Source of the DNA: Elusimicrobiota bacterium
GTDB lineage: Bacteria > Elusimicrobiota > Elusimicrobia > F11
Direction: 5' to 3'
Length of the DNA: 64,000 nucleotides
Assembly: GCA_044221725.1 (NCBI GenBank)
Contig: JBGAON010000004.1
Coordinates: 96,001-160,000, forward strand
Part shown: positions 10,271 through 19,561 of the stretch, piece after piece
How positions within the stretch are numbered: position 1 is the stretch's first letter
Layout: each line of letters opens with the position of its first letter
Made by a program: the position numbers and the translations under genes
The notes under the pieces: model-generated
Databases searched by the model: none
What the model was told of the DNA's origin: nothing
Seen by the model: only the letters and a program-made list of their open reading frames with translations

Positions 10271-10470
10271 TCAAACCCAGCCGAATTTCTCATCAAATCG
10301 ATTCTTCAAAGAAAGACAATGTTTCTCAATCAAATGCCAGCTAAGCAGAGACACGATGATCGTCATTGCGATTCCAACCACCAACGGGAAATAAATCGAA
10401 ATCGGCCTTCGTCTATGAGAATGGCGGCCGGACATCCGTAAAAAATTTTGTCGAGACGCGCCAACCGAAG
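10271..10470 (-). pseudogene. C-terminal remnant of an acyltransferase-3 (OafA-like) gene
   Basis: One frame gives FPLVVGIAMTIIVSLLSWHLIEKHCLSLKNRF (cf. family C-terminal LSW.LIE.P.L.LK). An adjacent frame gives LARLDKIFYG (cf. L..LGKISYG). The rest of the gene is absent. Confidence 0.55.
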
Positions 10471-10762
10471 GCCGACCGACGGAGTCCGCTCTCCCATCTG
10501 GTCAAACTCCTGTCCAATCATCCGTATGGCGCTCGGGTTGGTACGCGTGTGCGAGAAAATATTAAATTGGTCAAAATTAACATGCAGCGGATCAAGAACT
10601 TTGATCGATGTTGAATTTTAAAATGCAGCAAATCCACTGGGGCGTCATTACTATGGCGGGCCGCGCAAGCGCGGGAATTACACTGAAATCGCTTTCGGCC
10701 GTCAATTTGGGCGAAGCGGCCAACCGACCGCGATGGGATCCTAAAAAGTAATGTTGAGATCG

Positions 10763-12262
10763 ATGAACAAAAAAACACGGGTGGCGATTATTGGGAGTGG
10801 GTTTGGCGGATTGGCAGCGGCGATTCGCCTCCAGGCGGCCGGTTTCCCGACCACGGTTTTTGAGAGACGCGATAAGGCCGGTGGCTTGGCACACGTGGTT
10901 CGCGATCAGGGTTTTACCTTCGATGCAGGGCCAGCTGTTCTTACCGCCCCGTTCGTGATCGAAGAACTATTTCAGGCTGCGAATCGGCCGATGAATTCTT
11001 ATGTTGAATTGTTGCCCGTTCAACCACTCATTCGAATGTTTTGGGAGAACGGTTTCTCGTTCGAAATATCGAACGACCCCCGCAAGATTGAACAGCAAAT
11101 CGAAAAAATAGCGCCAAGCGATGTCGGCGGTTACCGAAAATTTCTCGCGTTTTCGAAAAAAGCGTTTGATCAATACGATCGGAAAATGTGCGCGGAGCCT
11201 TTTCAAGATCCGTGGAGTATGGTTCGCGCCGCGCCGCGTCTTTTGCGTTTGACCGCCTATCGTTCGGCCCGTGAAGTGATTGATTCGTTCATCAGCGATC
11301 CGCGGCTGCGCGAAGCGCTCGCTTTTCCCTCGAAGCTCATGGGAGCGGACCCATCGAACGCGCCGGCGCTCCATGCTTCGCGGCATTTTCTCGAAACGCA
11401 TTCGGGTATTGTGTTTCCGAAAGGCGGTATCAACGCGCTCGTGCGTGGGCTTGTCCAGCTGTTCACCGATCTTGGTGGCTCTTTACGCGTGAATGCCGAC
11501 ATTGAAAGCATTGTCGCTAAAGACGGGAAGGTGATGGGCGTGCAGCTTACGACGGGCGAGCGCCAAGCGTTTGAAGTTGTGGTGAGCAATGCGGATGTGA
11601 CGCACACGTACACGCAACTTCTCAAAAAAAATCGCGTGGCGAGAAAAGTTTCTCAGAAAGTATCGAAGATGACGTACGGTTCGTCCGCTCTTGTCGTTTG
11701 TTTTGGAACATCAAAGAAATATTCAAATGTTGCCCAGCATAACGTGATCTTTGGTCCATCGCCCTATTATCTCCACGTTCCGACGGTCACGGATCTTTCG
11801 CTAGCGCCTGCCAACGGCGAAACATTTTGTGCGCTTGCGATGGTGCCCAATCTTGAGAAATTCAATGTTTTTTGGCCGGAAGAAGGTCCGCGGTTTGCCG
11901 AAAAAATGTTGGACTTTATTGAGCAACAGTGTTTGCCGGGCCTCAAGAAAAACATCGTTACACGAAAGATCTTCACGCCGATCGATTTCGAATCCGAATT
12001 CCGCACAACGTTCGGATCGGCTTTTTCAATTGAACCGACGCTGCAGCAGAGTTTTTATTTTCGGCCGCACAATCGCGACACGAATATTCACGGGTTGTAT
12101 CTTGTCGGGGCGGGCACCCATCCGGGTCCGGGTGTAGCGAATGTGATGAATTCAGCAAAGGTGACTGCGAAATTGATTGTGGACGATTTTGGTCCCGACC
12201 GATTCGGTTTTACAGGAGAAGGCGTGACAATTCCGGCGGAATTGGCGCCGGAGCCGGGATAA
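10763..12262 (+). CDS. crtI: Phytoene desaturase-family FAD oxidoreductase
   Basis: IIGSGFGGLAAAIRLQAAG, GFTFDAGP, FPKGG, VVSNAD, GSAFSIEP.LQQSFYFRPHNRD, LYLVGAGTHPGPGV. Confidence 0.85.
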   Translation: MNKKTRVAIIGSGFGGLAAAIRLQAAGFPTTVFERRDKAGGLAHVVRDQGFTFDAGPAVLTAPFVIEELFQAANRPMNSYVELLPVQPLIRMFWENGFSFEISNDPRKIEQQIEKIAPSDVGGYRKFLAFSKKAFDQYDRKMCAEPFQDPWSMVRAAPRLLRLTAYRSAREVIDSFISDPRLREALAFPSKLMGADPSNAPALHASRHFLETHSGIVFPKGGINALVRGLVQLFTDLGGSLRVNADIESIVAKDGKVMGVQLTTGERQAFEVVVSNADVTHTYTQLLKKNRVARKVSQKVSKMTYGSSALVVCFGTSKKYSNVAQHNVIFGPSPYYLHVPTVTDLSLAPANGETFCALAMVPNLEKFNVFWPEEGPRFAEKMLDFIEQQCLPGLKKNIVTRKIFTPIDFESEFRTTFGSAFSIEPTLQQSFYFRPHNRDTNIHGLYLVGAGTHPGPGVANVMNSAKVTAKLIVDDFGPDRFGFTGEGVTIPAELAPEPG

Positions 12263-12263
12263 T

Positions 12264-12671
12264 TTAAAACATCCGGTAAAGCATCAAGTAAATCACGACA
12301 CCGGTCACCGACACGTACATCCACACCGGCCATGTCCAGCGCGCGATTCGCACGTGCGCTTCGTAGTCCGCACGCCAAGCGCGGCGCAGTGTGGTGACCA
12401 CCATCGGAACAATGACCACCGCGAGAATTGTGTGCGATAAGAGAATCGTGAAATAAAGAGTTCGAACGGAGCCGGTGCCCGCAAAATGCTTGCTTCCCGC
12501 GCGATAGTGGTAATAAAGATAGGACGCAAGAAACGCAACGGATGTGAAAAACGCCGTGATCATGCACGCTTTGTGCGCGGTGGTGTTTTTTCGCTTGATG
12601 AAAAAGATACCCAGCGTCACCAGCACGGCGCTCAAAAAATTGAGCGTGGCGTTAAGTTCGGGAAATCCCAT
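12264..12671 (-). CDS. DUF420 membrane protein (oxidase-associated)
   Basis: PELNATLN, HKACM, FLASYLYYH, ILLSHTILA, WMYVSVTGV. Confidence 0.88.
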   Translation of the reverse strand: MGFPELNATLNFLSAVLVTLGIFFIKRKNTTAHKACMITAFFTSVAFLASYLYYHYRAGSKHFAGTGSVRTLYFTILLSHTILAVVIVPMVVTTLRRAWRADYEAHVRIARWTWPVWMYVSVTGVVIYLMLYRMF

Positions 12672-13260
12672 CGCGCATTTGTTTTAAGGCTTCGTTGTCC
12701 GTGGAATCGTAGTAACCCACAATCGTTCCGTTCGCGTCGACCAACACGAAATAAAGACTGTGAAGAATATCGTTCTCCGACGGCTTTGTCGGTGGCGTTT
12801 GTTCCACCGCAAGGTGAAAGCTCTCGCGAACCAATTTAAAAATTTTCTCTTTATCGCCCGTTAAGAAATGCCAATTGTTGAGATGGGCGCCGTATGTTGC
12901 CGCATATTTTTTCAGAACGGCGGACGTGTCGTGGGTGGGATCCACCGAAAACGAAACGAACCGCAGATTGGTTTTGTTGGAGAAGTCTTTTTGAAGTTCG
13001 GCCATGCGCGTCGTGAGCAGCGGGCATGGCCCCATGCATTGCGTAAAAAAGAAATCAGCGATCCAGACTTTTCCTTTTAAATCGTTTCGTCCGAACGGGC
13101 GATTGTCTTGATCGACAAATTCGAAATCTTGAACCGTGCCGTACGTGGGAGTTGCGGAAGGGCCGGATCGTCTTCCAAAGCGCGGACTCAATACTTGAAC
13201 AGCGATGAGCGCCAAAATAGCGATGCCAAGAACAATCTGAAGAATTCTAACGGGACGCAT
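12652..13260 (-). CDS. SCO1/SenC copper chaperone
   Basis: N-terminal TM, FFFTQCMGPCP (CxxxC), SVDP..D, conserved His in ILHS; start trimmed to MRPVRIL. Confidence 0.92.
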   Translation of the reverse strand: MRPVRILQIVLGIAILALIAVQVLSPRFGRRSGPSATPTYGTVQDFEFVDQDNRPFGRNDLKGKVWIADFFFTQCMGPCPLLTTRMAELQKDFSNKTNLRFVSFSVDPTHDTSAVLKKYAATYGAHLNNWHFLTGDKEKIFKLVRESFHLAVEQTPPTKPSENDILHSLYFVLVDANGTIVGYYDSTDNEALKQMRDGISRT

Positions 13261-13264
13261 CGTG

Positions 13265-14005
13265 TCAGGTATTTTCTTTTGCGGTTCGAACCGAAGCAGC
13301 GAAACTGATCGCAACAAACACGAGCGTCACGGCGAGGCAAACGGCCTGCGATGGCAAATGCGAACCGATCTGCGACGTCGAATGGAAAAATCCTTGATGC
13401 AGCGCGGCCACCCCATAGGTGAGCGGGTTTATCATGATGATTGCCTTTAGCCACATCGGTGCGCGTTCCATCGGAAATAGCGCACCGGACAAAAACCACA
13501 TCGGCATCAGCACGAGATTCATAATGGCGTGAAACCCTTGCGTCGAATCCAAACGCCACGCGATGATGAAGCCGAGGCCCGTTAGCGCGAACGAGACGAG
13601 CAGCATCATTAGAAGCACATAAAGAAATCCGGAAACGCCCATCGTTATTCCCAAAAGCGGTGCGCAGATCACAAACAAAAGCGCCTGACCCGTCGCGAGA
13701 ATTGTGCCGCCCAAAATTTTCCCCATGACAATGGCCGAGCGCGATGTGGGGGAAACGAGAACACCCTGCAGAAACCCTTCGCGCCGATCCTCAATGATGG
13801 AAATTGTTGAGAAAATTGCCGTGAACAACAGAATCATCGACACGGTGCCTGGAAAAAAATATTTCAGCGTGCCGAAACCCGAACCAATCAAAATCCAAAA
13901 CACGAGCGGGGTGCCGAGCGCACCGACGATTCGATGCCGTTGGCGCAAGAATCGAACAACTTCCCGTTTCAAAAGCGAAAAGGTAGCGAGCGCAAAATTA
14001 TTCAT
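13265..14005 (-). CDS. ABC-2 type permease
   Basis: Six TMs; IIEDRREGFLQGVLVSP, LSGALFP, INPLTYGV; start trimmed to MNNFAL. Confidence 0.88.
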   Translation of the reverse strand: MNNFALATFSLLKREVVRFLRQRHRIVGALGTPLVFWILIGSGFGTLKYFFPGTVSMILLFTAIFSTISIIEDRREGFLQGVLVSPTSRSAIVMGKILGGTILATGQALLFVICAPLLGITMGVSGFLYVLLMMLLVSFALTGLGFIIAWRLDSTQGFHAIMNLVLMPMWFLSGALFPMERAPMWLKAIIMINPLTYGVAALHQGFFHSTSQIGSHLPSQAVCLAVTLVFVAISFAASVRTAKENT

Positions 14006-14939
14006 GTTCCTCTCCAAATTTCTGCCCGGTTTGCCGCACGAAAACATCTTCGAGCGTCGGTTTACCAACGGAGACCGCTTCGATCATACCGGGGAACGCT
14101 TCCACGAGCGGCGGAATGAATTTGTGGCCTTCTTGTTTTTCAATGCGCACGGTTCCGTTCAACGCTGTTGGTTCGCCGCCAAATTGCACTTTAATTTTTT
14201 CGGCGAGGACGGCCGCGCTTCGGGTTTGGACAACCACCATGTCGCCACCAATTTTTTTCTTCAGCTCATCCGGCGTTCCGAGCGCGACGAGATTCCCTTT
14301 GTGCAGTATGCCCAGGCGATCGCATTTGTCGCCTTCTTCCATGAGGTGTGTGGTGACCATGATCGTGACGCCATTCTTCTTCAGTTCAAAAATTAAATCC
14401 CACAACTCGCGGCGCGCGCCGGGATCAAGCCCGGTCGACGGCTCGTCCATGAGCAGCAACGCGGGTTTGTGCAGCAGGCCTTTTGCAATCTCGCCGCGGC
14501 GCTGCAAGCCACCGGACAATTGCTCGACAATGTCGTTCGCGCGATCGGTCAGCGAAAGTTTTCCAAAAATATCAGCAATGCGGCTCGTAAGATCGGATCC
14601 GCGCAGGCCGTACAAATGTCCTTGTGTCAGCGTGTTTTCGAGCAACGTCAGTTTTTTGTCCAGACTTGGATTCTGGAATACAACGCCAATTTTTTGGCGG
14701 ACCGCCGCCGGTTCTTTGGTGAGACCGGTTCCAAAAATATCAACGTCGCCGGCTTGCGGCTTCATCATCGTCGATAAAATTTTGAACAACGTGGTTTTGC
14801 CGCCACCGTTGGGCCCAAGAAGCCCAAAGATTTCTCCAGCGGCCACGTCGAAACTTAATTGATTGAGAACTTTTCTCTCGGCGTCTTTGGAAGGGAAATA
14901 GGAATGGGAAAGATTTTTTATCTGGACGGCAAACATCAA
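13998..14939 (-). CDS. ABC transporter ATP-binding protein (DrrA-like)
   Basis: GPNGGGKT, LSGG, LLMDEP, TTH, C-terminal PTLEDVF. Confidence 0.93.
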   Translation of the reverse strand: MMFAVQIKNLSHSYFPSKDAERKVLNQLSFDVAAGEIFGLLGPNGGGKTTLFKILSTMMKPQAGDVDIFGTGLTKEPAAVRQKIGVVFQNPSLDKKLTLLENTLTQGHLYGLRGSDLTSRIADIFGKLSLTDRANDIVEQLSGGLQRRGEIAKGLLHKPALLLMDEPSTGLDPGARRELWDLIFELKKNGVTIMVTTHLMEEGDKCDRLGILHKGNLVALGTPDELKKKIGGDMVVVQTRSAAVLAEKIKVQFGGEPTALNGTVRIEKQEGHKFIPPLVEAFPGMIEAVSVGKPTLEDVFVRQTGQKFGEEHE

Positions 14940-16672
14940 AGGTTCACAGCGCCATTTAACAACATCAACGTAACAAGAACAGGAATATAAAGGAGTGAGA
15001 ACAAAAACACGCGGCGCGCTTGCGCTCTTGAATGGCTGCGAAAAAATTCAAGACTGTACCACGTCATTGTGGCGCCGACCGCAATGGCCACAACAAGGTA
15101 AAAATTACCGGTCAGATTTAAAAACGTCGGGGCGCAGCTCACAAGAAAGAGGGCCGCGCTGTGCAAAAGAATCTGCCACGCGGTCGACCGGTCCGGTGCA
15201 GAGGATTCGGGCAACATGTGCAACCCGGCCGAGGCGTAGTCTTCTTTGTAAAGCCATGCAAGCGATAGAAAGTGCGGGAACTGCCAGAAAAACAAAATGC
15301 CGAAAAGCACGAGCGCTTCGATGCCGAGTTTTCCGGTGGCGGCCGTCCAACCCATTACCGGTGGCAAGGCGCCAGCAATGGCCCCAACGCTGACGCAGAT
15401 GCCGGAAATCTTTTTGAGGGGCGTGTAGATGTAGAGATAAACGCTGAGCGTGAGCGCCGCAAAAAAAGCCGAAAGAAAATTTACCGCCCAACCGAGATAC
15501 AAAACGCCAACCACCGAACAAAAAACGCCGGCAAACAGCACTTCGCCGGGTTGAAGCCGCCCGGAGGGAAGCGGTCGCTTCGATGTGCGCGCCATGGTGG
15601 CGTCGACGTCGCGCTCAATCAACATATTGAGGCACCCGGCGCCGGCCGCCGCGAGCAGCGTTCCAAGGCAGGTATGAACGAGTTTGAAAAAATTAACGTC
15701 GCCGCGGCTTCCCAGCACAAAGCCAGCAAGCGCGGTGATTCCGGCCATGAAACTAATGCCCGGTTTCGTGAGCGTGAAATAATCTTTGAGCGTTGTGGTG
15801 ATAGGAGCCGTATGGAGAGGGCGCGTCTTGTAAGCAACGAGCGCCGCGATCAGTGACAGGCCCAGCAGCAGAGCGCCGATCGCGACGTGCGCGGTCACGA
15901 ACAGAATTGCCCACATCGGAATTGGAATCACATCAAACGGGTGGATCAGGATTAAATAGGAGCCGATGCCAAGAGACACTTGCGTCAGCAGCACACCGAG
16001 GATTCCGAGGGAATAATTCCGCAAAATTTTGAGGGATGCATGATCGCGCCACACGCGCCGAACAAACCACAAGGCGACAATGGCAACGACGAGAGCACCG
16101 GCGGCGTGGAACGGGAAGACGCGCCCGGTGTGACGCAATGTTGCGCCAAGAATGAGTTGCACGTAGCTCACACCCACCAGAGCAAAACCCACACGATGGA
16201 GAGGCACCACGTTCGTTGGTTCGGCCCGCGCGACGACAGCGTTTCGCCAAAAACCCGATGTCCATACGGCGAGCGCCGTTACCACACAGAAGAACGCTTG
16301 CGCCGTACAGGCATGAGCAATCGAAATCGGAGGCGGTAACCGGAAGAGCACGGTCATTCCGCCCAACACGCCTTGGAAAATAACGAGTCCAACCGCGGCC
16401 CACGCCGTTTTCTTTATCCACGAGCGATCGTCTTTCAACGTCAGAAGGATGGCCATGACGACGGTGAGAAATCCCACGGTGGTTGCGACCATGCGGTGGC
16501 CGTGTTCATAAAAAATTCCCCCGATCATAGGCGGCATGAGGCGACCGTACGAGAGCGGCCAATCGGGCACCGATAGGCCGGATTCGGTTGTTTTCACGAG
16601 GCCGCCCACGAACACAAGAAACAACGTGCAGGACGCAACCGCCAGCGCAAATCGATGAAGAGTTTTATTCAT
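14936..16672 (-). CDS. ctaAB: Fused heme A synthase (CtaA/COX15) and heme O synthase (CtaB/CyoE)
   Basis: N-half: SGLSVPDWP, EHGHR, QGVLGG, further His residues. C-half: LTKP, NMLIERDVDATMARTSKRPLPSGR, YTPLK, GALPPVMGW, WQFPHF, EDY. Confidence 0.9.
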   Translation of the reverse strand: MNKTLHRFALAVASCTLFLVFVGGLVKTTESGLSVPDWPLSYGRLMPPMIGGIFYEHGHRMVATTVGFLTVVMAILLTLKDDRSWIKKTAWAAVGLVIFQGVLGGMTVLFRLPPPISIAHACTAQAFFCVVTALAVWTSGFWRNAVVARAEPTNVVPLHRVGFALVGVSYVQLILGATLRHTGRVFPFHAAGALVVAIVALWFVRRVWRDHASLKILRNYSLGILGVLLTQVSLGIGSYLILIHPFDVIPIPMWAILFVTAHVAIGALLLGLSLIAALVAYKTRPLHTAPITTTLKDYFTLTKPGISFMAGITALAGFVLGSRGDVNFFKLVHTCLGTLLAAAGAGCLNMLIERDVDATMARTSKRPLPSGRLQPGEVLFAGVFCSVVGVLYLGWAVNFLSAFFAALTLSVYLYIYTPLKKISGICVSVGAIAGALPPVMGWTAATGKLGIEALVLFGILFFWQFPHFLSLAWLYKEDYASAGLHMLPESSAPDRSTAWQILLHSAALFLVSCAPTFLNLTGNFYLVVAIAVGATMTWYSLEFFRSHSRAQARRVFLFSLLYIPVLVTLMLLNGAVNL

Positions 16673-16871
16673 GGGCGCCGGGTTTTTTTGAGGCGCGAAC
16701 AACCATGGTCACAAGACCGGCCATCAAAACAAACGGAAGGAGCCCGAGAACCGCAACGCCCCACGTAAATCCGCGAACGAGATTTCCATCAGCGCCACCA
16801 AAGCAAACGGAGCAAGCGTGAGAAAGCACGGGCAAAGAAATAAGAATAACAGCAATAAGAATTTTCTTCAT
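16665..16871 (-). CDS. Small exported, membrane-anchored CxxC protein
   Basis: Signal peptide MKKILIAVILISLPVLSHA, then CSVCFG, then a TM helix; overlaps the ctaAB start. Confidence 0.75.
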   Translation of the reverse strand: MKKILIAVILISLPVLSHACSVCFGGADGNLVRGFTWGVAVLGLLPFVLMAGLVTMVVRASKKPGAHE

Positions 16872-16895
16872 AATAAACGGTGGATGATGCGGGGA

Positions 16896-17189
16896 TTAGG
16901 ACAAAAGACCGATGTCTTGAATCAGCGAACCAACCAATACAGCAACAAAAAAGAGTGCAACGAGCAACATCGCAATGAGGCCACGCTTTTCCACTTTCAA
17001 ATGCATGAAAAAGCTCGCGATTAACACGACTTTCGTCAAAGCGATAAGTCCCGCCAACGCAATCGCACGTTTGTGCGGAAGTCCCATGTACGACAACGCA
17101 ACCGTGAGCCCGGTCAGCAATGCGAGTCCAGCGAAAACCAGCAGATAAACTTTGACCGACGGGTGATGTTGAGCCGTTTCGTTATTCAT
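16896..17189 (-). CDS. Heme-copper oxidase subunit IV
   Basis: YLLVFAGLALLT..TV, K...IASFFMHLKVE; three TMs; follows subunit III. Confidence 0.85.
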   Translation of the reverse strand: MNNETAQHHPSVKVYLLVFAGLALLTGLTVALSYMGLPHKRAIALAGLIALTKVVLIASFFMHLKVEKRGLIAMLLVALFFVAVLVGSLIQDIGLLS

Positions 17190-17190
17190 G

Positions 17191-17775
17191 TTAAACCAAA
17201 TAGAACACCGGGAAAAGAATTACCCACACCAAATCCACGAAGTGCCAATAAAGTCCCGCGTATTCAACTCGCTCGTAGCGATGACTGTTAAATTTTCCTC
17301 TGAGACCGCCGACCAGAACGTACATGTTAAACGCGAGACCACCAATCATGTGCAACGCGTGCAAACCGGTCAATGTGAAATAGAACGATCCAAAGAGTCC
17401 GCTCGAAATTGTGAGTCCTTCCGAAATTTTGTGGTGATACTCGAACATTTTAATACCTAGAAACGCGAGGCCCAACAACGACGTCAAAATTAAAAAACCC
17501 GCGAACTGTTTTACGTTGTCTTTCTGAATCGCCGAAAGCGCCAAGACCATCGTGACGCTGCTTGTGATGAGAACAAACGTGTTGATCGTCGCCAGCGGAC
17601 GCCCCATAATCTCTTCTGGCGGAACGCCAAAGTTTGGGCTTCCCATGCGCAGCACTATGTATGCGCTGATAAACGCGCCGAACAACATGATTTCAGAGGC
17701 CAGAAACACCCACATGCCAAGCTTGCCGTGCGGAATTCCGGTGGCGTTGTATTCCACTGCTGCTGATTGCGACAT
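17191..17775 (-). CDS. ctaE: Heme-copper oxidase subunit III (short form)
   Basis: KLGMWVFLASEIMLF, NTFVLITSS, LTGLHALH, LYWHFVDLVW; start trimmed to MSQSAA. Confidence 0.93.
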   Translation of the reverse strand: MSQSAAVEYNATGIPHGKLGMWVFLASEIMLFGAFISAYIVLRMGSPNFGVPPEEIMGRPLATINTFVLITSSVTMVLALSAIQKDNVKQFAGFLILTSLLGLAFLGIKMFEYHHKISEGLTISSGLFGSFYFTLTGLHALHMIGGLAFNMYVLVGGLRGKFNSHRYERVEYAGLYWHFVDLVWVILFPVFYLV

Positions 17776-19496
17776 TAGGATTTGCCCTCCACATGTTGCG
17801 GTATGAAATCGGATGCCGCGCCAGGGACGCTGTATTCGTAGGGGCCGCGGTACACTTTCGGCAGTGACGTGAAATTGCCGTGCGGTGGTGGGGACGGGCA
17901 CGCCCACTCGAGCGTCGTGGCCTGCCAAGGATTCTCGGCCGGCTTTTCGCCTTTAAAGATGCTCACAAACAAATTCACAATAAATGGGATTTGGAACACG
18001 AGCAGCGCCACAGCGGAAGCCAATTGCAGCGGGCTCAATCCTTGCGTCGTCAAATTGTGCGCTTGAACGGTCGGATCGTAAAGACGTCGTTGCATGCCGG
18101 CCAAACCCTGAATGAACATCGGAAAAAATATTCCGTTCATGCAGATGACCGTGCCCCAGAAATGGATTTTGCCAAGCATGTCGTTCATCTTGCGGCCGAA
18201 CATTTTTGGAAACCAGTAATAAATACCGCCCATGAGCGCCACGAGACTGCCAGTGACCACCACATAATGGAAATGACCAATCACATAGTAGGTGTCGTGC
18301 AAATAAATGTCGGTCGGTAAGAACCCGAGAGGAAGTCCGGTGAGACCGCCAATCCCGAAAAGTGGCAAGAAGGCCAGCGCGAACAACATCGGCGTTTTAA
18401 ACCGAATCGACCCGCCCCACAGGCTGAACACGTAGCAGCTCAAAATGGCGACCGAAGGAATGGAAATCACCATGGTTGTAACCATGAAGATGCGGCTGAG
18501 CGACGTTTTCATGCCGCTCAAAAACATGTGGTGCGCCCAAACGAGGAACGACAAAACTCCAAGGAAAATCATCGACGCGACAATCGTGCGATAACCAAAC
18601 AGCGGTTTGCGTGTGTTGTTCGCAAGAATTTCACCAACGATTCCCATCGCGGGAAGAATCAACACGTACACCTCGGGGTGCGCCAAGAACCAGAACAAAT
18701 GTTGATAAAGAAGAGCGCTGCCGCCGCCAACCCGGTTAAGCAGCGTACCAGAAACGACGAGTCCGGCGGGCAGATAGAAGCACGTTCCCGCGACGCGGTC
18801 GAGCAATTGGAGAATCGCACCGGCCTGAAGCACCGGGAACGCGAACAAAAGCAGAATCGCCGTAATGAACTGACCCCAAACAAACACCGGAAGGCGCATC
18901 CACGTAAGGCCAGGCGCACGAAGATTCACGGTGGTGACGATAAAATTAATGCTGCCGAAGAGCGACGAGGTAATAAGAAATGTCATCGAAATGAGCCACA
19001 TGGTCTGACCCACCGGTTGAATCACCGAGAGAGGGGGGTACGACGTCCAGCCGGACTGCGCAGCGCCGCCCGGAAGCCAAAAACTCGAGAGCATCAGCAC
19101 GCCGCCCACGAAGTAAACCCAGTAGCTCATCATGTTCAGTTTCGGGAACGCCATGTCGCCGGCGCCAATTTGAAGCGGCAAGAAATAATTTCCGTAGAAG
19201 CCAACCCCCAAAGGAACCACGCCCAAGAAGATCATGATCGTGCCGTGCATCGCGCCAAGCTGGTTATAGAACTCGGGCAACATAATGCCGCCCGGGGCAA
19301 ACGTTTGGCTCAGCAGATGACCGATCAGCGGAATGGGTTTGCCGGGATAGGCAAGTTGCCAGCGCATGAGAATCACAAAGCAAAAGCCGGTCAATAAGAA
19401 GACCAACGATGTGAACATGTATTGCAGCCCGATGACTTTGTGATCGAGCGAAAAGATGTATTTACGAATGAAACTTGGCTGATGATTGTCTGACAC
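17775..19496 (-). CDS. ctaD: Heme-copper oxidase subunit I, A1 type
   Basis: DHKVIG, HGTIMIF, DMAFP, GWTSYPPL, FWFLAHPEVY (helix VI His-Tyr plus Glu), WAHHM, HDTYYVIGHFHY, MQRR. Confidence 0.97.
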   Translation of the reverse strand: MSDNHQPSFIRKYIFSLDHKVIGLQYMFTSLVFLLTGFCFVILMRWQLAYPGKPIPLIGHLLSQTFAPGGIMLPEFYNQLGAMHGTIMIFLGVVPLGVGFYGNYFLPLQIGAGDMAFPKLNMMSYWVYFVGGVLMLSSFWLPGGAAQSGWTSYPPLSVIQPVGQTMWLISMTFLITSSLFGSINFIVTTVNLRAPGLTWMRLPVFVWGQFITAILLLFAFPVLQAGAILQLLDRVAGTCFYLPAGLVVSGTLLNRVGGGSALLYQHLFWFLAHPEVYVLILPAMGIVGEILANNTRKPLFGYRTIVASMIFLGVLSFLVWAHHMFLSGMKTSLSRIFMVTTMVISIPSVAILSCYVFSLWGGSIRFKTPMLFALAFLPLFGIGGLTGLPLGFLPTDIYLHDTYYVIGHFHYVVVTGSLVALMGGIYYWFPKMFGRKMNDMLGKIHFWGTVICMNGIFFPMFIQGLAGMQRRLYDPTVQAHNLTTQGLSPLQLASAVALLVFQIPFIVNLFVSIFKGEKPAENPWQATTLEWACPSPPPHGNFTSLPKVYRGPYEYSVPGAASDFIPQHVEGKS

Positions 19497-19506
19497 TATT
19501 TAACTC

Positions 19507-19538
19507 CGTCATCCTGGCATGTCGTACGCCAGGATCCA
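19507..19538. repeat. CGTC-tagged palindromic (REP-like) element between subunit II and I genes
   Basis: CGTC-ATCCTGGC-ATGTCGTAC-GCCAGGAT-CCA: perfect 8-bp stem with CGTC/CCA flanks. Confidence 0.7.
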
Positions 19539-19561
19539 ATTTACCTCAGGAAAAGTGGGCC

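Noticed and set aside
9925..10344. 139-aa ORF
   Set aside because: Overlaps the GT-C gene and reads through the antisense of tRNA-Glu (APTGFEPV is a typical tRNA artefact).
10643..10682. CGTCATT...CCGCGCAAGCGCGGGAAT hairpin upstream of crtI, as a possible riboswitch or decayed CGTC repeat
   Set aside because: Only a 6-bp stem, interrupted relative to the repeat consensus, and no riboswitch consensus recognised.
18528..19397. 289-aa plus-strand ORF
   Set aside because: Antisense shadow of oxidase subunit I with no recognisable motifs.
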